Source of the DNA: Amoebophrya sp. A120
Taxonomy: Eukaryota; Protista; Dinoflagellata
Direction: 5' to 3'
Length of the DNA: 64,000 nt
Assembly (NCBI GenBank): GCA_905178155.1
Contig: CAJINV010000014.1
Coordinates: 1,229,858 to 1,293,857 of the forward strand
Shown here one piece after another: positions 49,901 through 60,642 of this stretch. Each line of letters begins with the position of its first letter. Position 1 is the first letter of the stretch. Under the pieces are notes generated by a model. It was not told the DNA's origin. It was given only the letters and a program-made list of their open reading frames with translations, and did no database searches. The position numbers and the translations under genes were made by a program.

Positions 49901-51011
49901 CACGAGCAAGCTTTGCGCGACCGCGTCAAGAAATGCGCACCGTCAGCACAGGTTCGTTTGCATCGTTCCAGACCCAGCACACGACATCTTTGCAGTGCAT
50001 AACCCTGCTGTGGAAGCAATCCAGGTCTTCTCCGGAGATGATTCTGGGTCTCCCGTCACTTCCGAGGTAGACCAAGAAGATCTAGAAGAAGGAGATTTTT
50101 CCGACATGGAGAGGCAAGTTCAGGCCGTTGCGCGAGTTCTTACAGACTTAGGCATTACGGTCACTACGGGAGAAGCAGAAGAAGATTATAGTAATATGGT
50201 GCCAGCACCATCAGTACCAGTAGCACAGGACGGAGCTGCAGAGAGGCTACTCTCGCGACCTGTAGTAGAAGAAGAAGACCGCGAAGGCGACGTCGCGGCG
50301 GTAAGCGAAAGTACTAGTAGTGCGGACCTGCTTGCGATAGAAGAGCCTCAACATCAGATAGAACATGAAAGAAGTCTTCGCGACAGCAGAAGCGCAACTT
50401 CACCAGCAACCTTCGAGGGCCGACACAACATGCCGGTGAGGTCAGAAGATGAGAAGGAGGACACAGCTGGTGCGAAGAAGAAAAAGAAAAAAGCCCTGCC
50501 CGTCGGCGAAGCTCTCAACATGCTGGACCGCAGTCTGAGCGCCGTGCTGACTGCTGCGAGGACGACCTTGATCAAGTGCGTGTTTGAGAAATTTCCCTCC
50601 CAGTCCAACATCTGGCTCCACGCGTTTGTCTGCCAGGCGTTAACGCAGGACTTGTACAAGCAGTTGGAGTTATCAGAGAAGAACGGGTTGCTGTTACCAA
50701 ACGAATTAGAGTTGCTAAACCACAACGTTTTCCACGCCGTGCTTCACAAGCTCGCGAAGTACACGAACTTTGGGCACATTTCGGAAAACTTTCCCGATCT
50801 GGACGTAAATGTCAGACAGTCGAAGATAATCAGCAGGGGCAAAGTGTTAACAGTCGACGATATGGCGCTGCCGATTGGCCCGGTGGTTTTAGCAAATCTG
50901 AATAAGGAAATGACGCGAAAGCAACAAACCCGCGCCGCCGGGAAGCGGGCAAATAAAGCCGGTGGAGACAGACATAAGAGGAAAAAAGAATTACTAGATT
51001 ATCCGCATTAG
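43979..51011 (+). CDS. CPA1 Na+/H+ exchanger paralog 2, interrupted by four TIR elements
   Basis: Same motifs as paralog 1. Joins KECTQ|DEEIT, IMLL|TLYAYCH and GGG|(V/LM)RKSVALEAIR agree with paralog 1; the fourth join DY|(F/P)AVEA is supported by frame only. Start codon uncertain. Confidence 0.9.
45755..46077. mobile_element. TIR/DR element (distinct TIR family), 323 bp, DR cgcag/cccag
   Basis: tatcaaaaggaaaaatcccccctccccacatc...gatatggggagggggatttttgcttttgata; the join matches paralog 1 KDCTIDEEL. Confidence 0.88.
47557..47865. mobile_element. TIR/DR element (distinct TIR family), 309 bp, DR cctca
   Basis: cctca|tatggatgtgtcaggatcgaaattgacaaagtcgaaaaatttgtga...tcacaaatttttcgactgtgccaatttcgattctgacacttccata|cctca; lies inside a TM helix. 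Confidence 0.92.
49179..49419. mobile_element. Degenerate family-A-like TIR element, 241 bp
   Basis: tatccataattgcaaa..gtctggaaag ... cttccaga..tttgcaatgcata; contains an in-frame stop; element plus 5 nt = 246 nt keeps the frame to RKSVALEAIR; DR decayed. Confidence 0.6.
49688..50001. mobile_element. Degenerate family-A TIR element, 314 bp, DR acttt/accct
   Basis: tatcgaatgcaa..ctgggtctgaaag ... ttccagacccag..tttgcagtgcata; removal of element plus 5 nt joins ORFs 49319 and 49995 in frame. Confidence 0.7.
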
Positions 51012-52004
51012 GATTAGAAATTTTGTTCATACTTGCATCACATACGTTGTACTACCCATAGAAAGTAACAGTAGCAGTAACTAGTAAGTACTACCTTCCC
51101 GCAATTGTATGGGCTCAGACATCAAATTAAACATGCATCCATTTTAGTTTTCGCCGAAGAGATCTTATGTTTCGCACGAGCCGCTCCCGCGCAGCTTTCA
51201 GCCGCACTACGAAGCAGGGGTGTTCTCTGGAAGTGTGGCTCCCGTCCTAATCATTTCATGGTGTTCGTACTCGAAAACCGAGAAAGCTGGCGTGGAAATT
51301 CAAATATTCGTTTCGTTCAAAAAGTAAACGCCTAAACCTTGCGTGTGCTGTGCGGATGAATGATCCCAACAAAACTACGAAGATCGTCTTTTTGCTTTTC
51401 ATTCAACACTGAATCTGAATCGTGCAGGAGTCGTCCTATTGTGTTTTCATTATCGTGCCACGCTTGAAAAGCGGTCTCAAACTCTTTGTCGTCCACGAAA
51501 TCGTTCTGCAAACTTCGTTCTGCAAGTTGTCCCGTCCTTCCTGTGGAAGCAAATGCACCTAACAAATCCAAACGGAAATTATAACGGTAGACGGGTACTT
51601 CGCTTTCGTGCCCTGCCGCTAGTCCTCAAAAATTCTCATACGCAAAAAAATGACAGGACTGACAGACGCTGAAAATTTGAGTTTTCAATTGAAGCGTAAT
51701 CGACAAGTTGTGCACTATCGCAAAGGCTCATGAACAAGCTACACAGTGGTATTTGCTGCTAGTGTATTAGCCACTCATAATTTATTCAGTAGTTTTTACC
51801 CGGGCGTGCGAACCAGACCGCGAAGTTACTTAAGTAAGTAGAAAGATCGCCGTTTGTTTTGCCTTTTTCAATTTGCGAACGACTGGAGAAGCATATAGTA
51901 CGCAACGGAATTGTTCACCGCGGCTGTTGTCTTCGAAAAAACTTGCGCAAGACCGAAGCCCAACGGTTCCGTCGAACTACCTGAACAGCATCTTCGTTTA
52001 AAAA

Positions 52005-55000
52005 ATGGTGGTCGTTAGGAGTGCTACAACTTCCCTACTTGCACTGCAAGTAGGAACGACAAGCATAATCCCTCTGGTTGTCGTTGCTCACGCCCTTTCT
52101 GCTGGACGCACTCGCAGCACTTCTCCCAGTGGTCTTCTGCAGAAGAAGCCGAGAAGGGGCACGAACCTGCTGCAGAGAGGGCGGAACGGAGCCGAAACTG
52201 CGGGCGCGGAAGATGTTGCCGTACTGGAAGTCGAAAAAGCGACAATCGTTGGTGACGAGATTCACCATTTGCAAAGCGCGACTTCTCTGTCGTCCTTGAC
52301 CACTGAGGATATTAAGGCGCTGGCGCAAGAAGATGAAACTGGAAGAAAACCCGCCTCTTCAGAAGATTGTGACGGGGCTAGGAGTTCATTCTCTTCTGCT
52401 TCCGGAACAACCACAAGGAACGTTGTCACTTTGGACTTGCAGGATGAGGCGGGGGAAAAGTTTCTGCAGATGAAAGATGCTGACAGGATGTTGAAACAGG
52501 ATAAAAAAAGCCGAACCGCCGGGCAATCATCTTCTGCATCTATGGACGAAAGAACGACAACTCTGGAAACATCTGCAGACGAAGAAGATCTTCAGCAAGT
52601 AGAACCAAATAAACAGGAGCGCACGGGCGAGACGATTCGGTCAGTCCGGGTGACGCACATTCCTGCCGGCATGAAGAAACCGTACGAGAGCTCGATTCCC
52701 AGTTTGTTTTTCCACCACTCGGCCTTTGTGCAGATGGAGCGGAGTGAAGCCGAGCAGGACATTGCAGTGGGGAATGCGTGGGAAAATGGGACGAGTGACG
52801 ATGTTCTCGCAGGAGCATCGTTTTTCGAGCACAGCGCGACGAAAAGTAGGAAGACGAAACATGCTCTGGCTGAACAGCAAGAGGAACGGAAAGAAGAGTC
52901 TCGAAAGGAGAAAACCGAGCAGAAACAGGTACAACCGCAGTTCCCACAGGGGCAAGCTGCTCAGCAAGGCGTAAACCAGTTTGGCGCTGGAGCTGCGCAG
53001 CAGTCGCAAAACATCAACCAATTTGGACAACAACAGCAGCAACTACTGCAGGCCTCTTCGACGAACGCAAACGCGAATGCTAGGCTGCAAACGCAAACGA
53101 CGAACGCAAACGCAAACGCAAACCCGTTCAGCGCCCCCGCGTTGCAACCACCGCAGTCGGGCGTCCGGTTGACTCCGCCCGAGGGGCGGGTGAACGCCTG
53201 CATGGACGAGGTTCCCTGGGTCGACACGCGCCTGAGCCAGCAGGAGCAGCTGCACCACGCTTTCCACGTGACGTTTTTCGCTCAAGCGGGGCACTGCGGC
53301 CACGGCGAGGAAATTCGGAGTCAGGCGTGTTGCCGCCAGGCTGGGGAGCATCTCTTCGGGGAAGCGGTCGCCAACAACATTGTCGCGAACAACTTCATGA
53401 TCCACCAGGGCCCGAACCTGCGCGGGTGTTGGTACCAGCAGGGCCCGGACGCGGGAAAACAGCTGTTCTGGAAAACCGTGGGCGACCCCCGGGACTTGAG
53501 ACACAACCACGGACCTTATTTGAGGGTATTAAGCATGAAGTAGATGCTGATTTGAAAATTTTGATTTGAACAGAAACTGCGGACGCGTTACTTAAGTAAG
53601 TTCTTTGAAAACAGGTAGCGCTATCATCAATAATGCTAGTTGTACTTCTCCCCGAAAATAAAGAATTTCCACTTTCGTCCTGCTCTCTTTTGATATCCAA
53701 CCCGCTCTACTAGTACCTACGTCTGGATCTGTAAGATGAACTAAAAACTACCCTTCCAGGTGTGCAAAGTTTTCCACGCGCCGCTGCACCACCCGCCGAT
53801 TTTCTACCCGCTTATGTTTCTGCTCGTGGCCCTGGTCGTGTCGGTTTGTGTGTCCTACACGGGGAAGCTGATCAACGGGTTTTTGCCGCCCTCGCTTCTC
53901 CTGGTGCTTTTCGGCTTTGCGACCAACTTCCTGGGCTACCTCTCTGGCCCCGAGTCCGAGATTGGTTACCTGGTCGAGCAGGCCAGTCACTGCGACCCGC
54001 ACGTGATCTTTTGGCTGTTGTTGCCCATGCTGCTGTACGAGGACGGAAGCGGCTCCGATTGGCGCGTCCTCCGGCCGATCTTCGTCAACGCAGTGATTCT
54101 CGCCGTTCCGGGCGTGGCGATCTCCTTCCTGATCATGGGCTGCTTGATTCGGACGACCTTTCCCCTGCCCCCGATCGAGGAACTGCACCCGGAGCACGTG
54201 TATCAAATGTAAAAATGTCTGGGTCTGGAAGAGTCCGAACTTGTGATGCTGCATTTGGATTCCAAAAAGATCTGTATTGCATGACCAGCAAAGGGAGTGC
54301 ACTTTTGGCTACGCGCAGAGGGCATTTGTCATGCGGAATAGGCATCATGAAGCCCTCAAAAAGTCTGTGATGCTACGGCATGCATTACAGACATCGTGGT
54401 GGCCCATGAAAAACGTGCATGGCAAGTCTCAGAATCTTCCAGACCCAGACACGTTTGCATTTGATAACGTGTGGATCTGCTTCTGGAACCAAGCCACCGG
54501 GCAAATGACGACGCAGGAGCGGAGCTTCAGCCCCGAAGACCCGCGGCGGTTCGCGCTGCGGCCGGTGATCCAACCGAACGGGAGCACGCAGATGCAGATG
54601 GTGCGGCGGAGTCCGCAGGAGTGGCAGACCCTGTACGTGAACAGGCCCTGTCAGGTGCCGCCGAACCCGAACGGCGGCGCCGTGGTGATCCCCGACCCCA
54701 CCAGTCGGGTGGACGGGGCCTGGCCCTGGATGATCTCCTTTCTACTCGGTGCCATCCTGTCCGCGACCGACCCCGTGGCCGTGATTGCCGCGCTGAAGCA
54801 GCTCGGCGCGCCGGCCAGGCTGAGTTTGCTCGTCGCGGGGGAGGCGTTGCTGAACGACGCGACCGGGGTTGTGTTCTTCAACCTGTTCTGGGAACTCGCC
54901 TCCACCGAGGCGGACTTCGACCCGGCGTACGCACTCTGGGTGTTCTTCCGGCTCGCGTGCCTCGGTCCGGTGGTCGCGTGCCTCGGGATGGGCGTGATGC

Positions 55001-58000
55001 ACGGTGTGTTGAAGGTCACCAACCACATCGAGGTGAAAAACTTCCTCTTCATGACCGTGTTTGTGGTGTTTTTCCTGTTCTTCTTCTCCGAGCAAACGAT
55101 CATCGGGGTCCCGCTCTTACCCGTGTCCGCGGTGCTGGCCGTGGTGGTTTTCTCGTTCTACGTGGCGGCCATCGGGCAGAACATGATCTTGTTGAACGGG
55201 GGGGAGCACTTGTCCCACGCGCACCACGAGGTGATCGGCTTCATCGCGGGGGTGTGCAACGACACCATTTTCTACGTCGCGGGCGTGGTGATGGCGAGAT
55301 ACTTGTTCTTTTCCTCCATGCTCAGCTCCGACTGGATGTTCCTGGGCATTTGCTACCTCTACTGCCACCTCGCCCGGGGCATCGCGATGTTCTCGCTGAT
55401 GCCGGTGATGAACTTCTTCGGGTTTGGCGTTTCCTGGAAGGAGGGCATCATCGGGGTGTTCGGGGGCCTGCGCGGGGCGGTCGGGCTCGCGATGGCGCTG
55501 CAGGTGGCCATGGACCACGGGAACAGCCCGTTGGACCTGGGGTTCCGACTCCGCATCGGGTTCCACGTGTCGGGCATCGCGTTGCTCACCCTGTCGATCA
55601 ACGGCGTGGTGTTCGGGAAGGTCTACAATGCGTTGAAGCTGTACCCGCCGGCCATCCAGCCGAGTCAAACGAAAATGCTGAAGTGCGCGACGCTGGCGGA
55701 GGGGATCATCTTCGAGCGGCTGCAGGAAATGAAGTCCCACTGGCTCTTCTGCAACATCTCCGCGGAGGCGATCCTCGGGCTGGTGCCCTACGCATTGCAA
55801 AAGTATCGTACTCGTGTAAATGCATCACAAATTTCCTCAGCATGAGAAAAAAAATTTGTAATGCGGATTTAGCTTAAGAACAAGACTTGTAATGCATGAT
55901 TGCAATACAACGAGTGCGATACTTTTGCACAGGATATGCACCGGATCTCGGACATGCTGGCAGACGCGGCGGGCCAGGAGTACGGAGGAGGACACGGCGG
56001 CAATAATCCATCTACGAGGAACCACGAGTTGCAGGACGACCTCCTGAACGCGGTGCAGGGGGGGCGCCCGGCGCAGAAGCAGTACAGCCACACGATGATG
56101 GAGGCTATGCACCACCTGCACCACGAGTTCCACGGCAGCGCGTACTACGAGAAACAGTTTGTGCAACTGTCGAAGGGGTGGAAGGCGGAAGACTTCCGGT
56201 GGGAACAGTGCTACGGCCTCACCTCGTTCATCATTCCCTCGGCCTCCGAGTCCTTCGCGCAGCGGAGTGAGGACGGCGCCGCCTGGCTGCAGGCGGGGTT
56301 CGGCCAGGACTACTCGATCATCATCGACATCTTTTTCGGCGCGGTCACGGGCTCGCTGCAACGGTTGAAGCGGGAGCGGTGCAGCATGGCGGTGTGGCCC
56401 GCGGACGAGATCAGCGAGGCTTTGGAATTTACGCACGAAGCCATGCAGGGCGTGCTGCGGTCGGACAACAGTCTGGACGGCACGGTTTCGCCCGTCATGA
56501 AGATGTTTTTCAAGGAGATGCCCATGCAGATCTGGACCGAGTCGCCGGAGATCCAGGAGAAGTGGGCGTTGGAAGTGGGGTTTTGCAAGCTCTTCCACCG
56601 GCTGTTCGGCACCGAGGTTCCGATGGACGCCAACACGGGGTCCGTCGAGGGCGGCGACTTTGCGCAGTTCGAGCACATATCAAATGCAAAAGTGTCTGGG
56701 TCTGGAAGAATGCGCGATTTGTCATGCAGCTTTTCCATGACCCATGAGGTCTGGAATGCAGCACCTAGCATGACAGACTCTGCGCGATCTCTCTCATGCC
56801 TATCCTGCATGAGAAACTTCCTCCCAACTTGGACAAAACTGGGCGACTTTTGGCAATCATGCAACACAGATTTGCAAAACGCGGTGCATCAGATTTGCAT
56901 GACAAGATTTGCATGCTTCAGATTTAGCATGACAAGTTGCATCCTTCCAGACCCAGACATTTTTACATTTGATAGCACAAGGGGCGAACCCTCCTGTTCT
57001 GGTGTCTGCTGATGGAATATGACAGTGCACAACTCCCCCTCTCCCTCATTTGTCATGCAAAATACCCAATCTACCCTTTGCCTCTTGGCACTGTTTGCAT
57101 GACAAGTTCTGGTAGCCCAAATAGCACTACAATCTAGTGTAAGTTTGTCATGCAAAACCGGCATTCTTGCTGATGCTTGTATTGCCGTTTATGCTATACA
57201 AATGAGGGGGAGCGGGAGTTGTGCACTGTCATATGGAAAATACAAGGGCCTCCTTGCAACCTATCGTCGCGGTCGGGATTGGGGAAAACTCGTCCTCAAG
57301 CTCGAGCAAGTTCGCTTCGGCGCAACGCAGCAGCGGGCGTGCGCGGGAAAACAGCCGCAACTCCGCGCAGAGGGCGAGCAACCGGCCGTCGGATCAGAAA
57401 GGGCCGGCAAACAAAGGTCCCATGGGAGAGGGCGAAGGGCGCGGCGGATCTGGTGCATCTGGGAGCATCGAAGCTGGAACCAGCAGCAGCTCGGGTGACG
57501 AAAGTACTACACAAGAACATCTTCAAAACCGAGCTTTTCGGACTGGCCAGACGCGGGAGGATTTGATTGCTGAGTATCACGCAGCGATGCAAGAGGATGA
57601 GGAGGATGTTGAGGAGAGCGCGGCAGATAGTTATGACAATTTCTACGAGGACGAAGCTCTTCACCAGCATGCTGATCCGGCACTGCTCGACGATAGCGGA
57701 ACAAGCAGAAGTAGCGGCACAAGCTCAACGTCGTCGGCGAGTAGCAACAATTCTACCGCGCGATCATCTTCGAGCAGCTTGGAAGAAGAGAACCTTGGAA
57801 CAGCTACAGCGAAGAATGCGTCCAGAACCAATAATTTCAAAAGCCGCAGCAGAAATTATCGGGAGACTATTCCCGCCTTCTTCTCCATCTTCTCCTCGTC
57901 ATCTCAGTCCTCTTCGGGGTCGGAGAACGAGCGCAGTGAAGATTTAAATACCAATACGCAACGAAGTAGATCTTCCCCTGCACAAGCACAACTAGCATCT

Positions 58001-59077
58001 TCGAGAAACCAAAATCACGTGAGGAAGAGCGCGCCATTCCATTTGTTCAAACAGGGTGCAGCTGCAGAGGGTGCTAGTACAACCACGGATGTTGTTGAAA
58101 CAAGAACCCGGCTGCAAAAGAACCTCGTCCACAATTCTACTTACTCTCGTCCCTCCACCGCTTCGGACGGCGACCTCGAGGAGTTCCTCCAGCAGGACGT
58201 CGAGAAAGCGCGTCGTGGGCTCTTTTTCGACGGCGCGCACGAGATGCCGTCGACCCAGAACGACCAGCGGTCGGGCAACACGAGTGGGCGGGCGAGCCAG
58301 CAGGCCGTCCCGCAGGCGGCGTTGGCGCAGTTGGACGTGAGTTTGCGGCGGATTCTGTACGCGACGTATCAAATGTAAAAATGTCTGGGTCTGGAAGAAT
58401 GCAACTTGTCATGCGAAATCTGAAGCATGCAAAAATCTGTATTGCATGATTACCAAAAGTCGTCCAGTTTTGACCAAGTCGGAAGGAAGTTTCTCATGCA
58501 GGATCGGCATGAGAGAGATCGCGCAGAATCTGTCATGCTAGGTCCTGCATTCCAGACCTCATGGGTTATGGAAAATCTGCATGACAAATCGCGCATTCTT
58601 CCAGACCCAGACATTTTTACACTTGATACGACGCGGGTGTTACTCATCAAGGCGGTGTTTGAGAAGTACCCGCGCGTCGGCCGGGTCTGGCTGCACGCCA
58701 TCGTCACCGAAGCGCTCACGCAGGACCTGTACAAACAGCTGGAGCTGTCCGCGACCTCGGGGCTGCTCACGGAGAAGGAGCTGGGGCTCTTCCACGACAA
58801 CGTGTTCCACGCGGTCACCCACGCGATCCAAAACTACCGGCAGATGCGCGGGCTGGACACCTTCGCGGCCATCGACAGCAAAGACGCGCCCCCCGGCTAC
58901 CGGGGCCCGCCGATCGGGCCGATCCACTTCGATTTGGGCGGGGAAAAGAACCGCCGCCAAGAAGCCCGGGACGTGCGGAAGAGGCTGCGGGGCCCGGGGA
59001 AGAACAGGAGAGAGCAGTTCACCGGCAACGGACAGAACACCGGGCAGAACAACAACGCCAGGGGGGCAAGTAAGTAA
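52005..59077 (+). CDS. CPA1 Na+/H+ exchanger paralog 3: one GT-AG intron (53526-53759) plus five TIR elements
   Basis: Joins YLR|VCKV, LVP|RISDML, FEH|KGRTLLFWCLLME|NTRASLQPI and LYAT|RVLLIKAVFEK agree with paralogs 1/2; PEHV|WICFW restores the frame. Signal-peptide-like N-terminus. Confidence 0.9.
54201..54466. mobile_element. Family-A TIR/DR element, 266 bp, DR acgtg
   Basis: acgtg|tatcaaatgtaaaaatgtctgggtctggaagag...cttccagacccagacacgtttgcatttgata|acgtg. Confidence 0.93.
55789..55936. mobile_element. Short TIR/DR element, 148 bp, DR tgccc/tgcac
   Basis: tacgcattgcaaaagtatcgtactcgt...acgagtgcgatacttttgcacaggata; the join gives LVPRISDML versus paralog LVPRIADML. Confidence 0.88.
56678..56974. 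mobile_element. Family-A TIR/DR element, 297 bp, DR gcaca
   Basis: gcaca|tatcaaatgcaaaagtgtctgggtctggaag...cttccagacccagacatttttacatttgata|gcaca. Confidence 0.93.
57018..57233. mobile_element. Family-C TIR/DR element, 216 bp, DR tggaa
   Basis: tggaa|tatgacagtgcacaactccccctctccctcatttgt...acaaatgagggggagcgggagttgtgcactgtcata|tggaa. Confidence 0.93.
58367..58628. mobile_element. Family-A TIR/DR element, 262 bp, DR cgacg; reverse complement of the 56678 copy
   Basis: cgacg|tatcaaatgtaaaaatgtctgggtctggaag...cttccagacccagacatttttacacttgata|cgacg. Confidence 0.93.
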
Positions 59078-60642
59078 AAATACTGGAGTTGATGGCACTT
59101 CTAAGACTGCTCCTGCGAGGGACTGATTTTGAATGCAGGGCATTCATCTTGAGGCGGATCTCTGTCATCCTTTTGTGTTTTTCGAGAAAATTGTCTTTTG
59201 TGTCCTCTTATGATTTTTTTTTTGCATTTTGCTTTTACTTTTTCATCTACGCCACGTGCGTCTTTTGTCAAATTTTGTTTTCACACACATTTTACACAAA
59301 CATTCATTCACATCATGCGCCAAAGCGAGCGAGCATTCGACTTCAAAATTTTCAATTTAGTCCTTTATACACACACACAACACAACACAACCCAAGTCCG
59401 AAAAAACCTAGCCTCATAACAGCCGCGCCCTTATGGTATAGATCAACTGTTCGCCATAGAGGATCGGCGTTCAGCTGCTCTCGGGCTGGGGGAGGGAGTA
59501 GCACGCAGCAGTCCGCTAAAGGGCACACTGCCAACATCATCACAACACAACTCAAATTCTTGCTTTTCCATTTTTTTGTTTGAATTCACTATCGTATACG
59601 TATTCGTAAATGTTGTTTGATTTCACCAACTATACTATCTTCCTGTGCTTGCATCATTTTATTCGTATTTATTATTCGCGTCCCCGTTTTATGATTTCAC
59701 CCCCGAAAACTATAGGAAGGTAAACCCACTTTCATAAGCATGTCCCTGGTATCCACGGTGGCGTAGTGTGAAACACCCGCCAAGTAACATGCTCCCCGAT
59801 GCTGGAACTACACGACAAAGCTCTGCACCTTTTCACAGCGCATGGAAAGAACAAGAAGCTTCTACCCGAAGTGAAGACGCGGCCCGATTTGATTCTGCGA
59901 AGAAAGATTTATGGATCCCCTGAAAAGATAACTCCCCCCTGCCAGTAGGATTCACTCCCAACCCCACAAGATGAAATAATTTTTCCATGAACCCATACAC
60001 CAACTTCGAAAACCAAGAACAAGTGCCTGATTGTTTTTTCTATGTAGTTCCCATCGAAGAAGTTACTTAGTGGTTGTTCTCGCCCTTTGTCGCGTTCGAT
60101 GTTAGAGCATCCAAATTCAGTCGTTTGCATATGTGGGCAGAGTAGAAGTCAAACATGTTGTGAAGGCATCATGTACAAGTATGCCGACGAATGCCCAGAG
60201 CAACTTTTCGGTTTCAACATCACGTCGTCGGTGTCTCTGCAACTACTTGAATGTTTCTCTATGTGTCGGTCGTGAATAAAAGACATAAGAAAAAAAATGA
60301 AACAATAGCAGGCAAGGTAGAAGTGAGAAGTGCAGAACAACTCACAAGCGACACATGTTGGGGCAGCAACGTACATTAGTTTCGCTTGTTGGCAATGGTC
60401 CTTGTACGCCAGGTGCAGTGTGCTCGCATAGCGTTGCCGCGCGACCACGACCCACTGCGCTCGTGCGTTGCCTGTCTCAAATCTTCTTCCCGTTGGCTCG
60501 CACGCGGTCAGGTGGAACCTGCCGGACGACAACAAAATGTAGACACTTTTCTATAACACCTGTAAGAGCAGAACGAAGAAATAGTAAACCCGCGGATGAG
60601 GAACAAAGGGCGACAGCACCAGCGGAGAGCGTCGAAAGGATC

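Noticed and set aside
41056-58628. Recurrent peptides SNAKMSGSGR / LPDPDIFTFD / FQTQTFLHL in many ORFs, suggesting a protein repeat
   Set aside because: They are translations of the family-A TIR, not protein.
35820-59077. Calling the fragmented NHE and CstF-64 ORFs pseudogenes
   Set aside because: Every break coincides with a TIR element or GT-AG intron whose removal restores the frame; I saw no independent stops or frameshifts.
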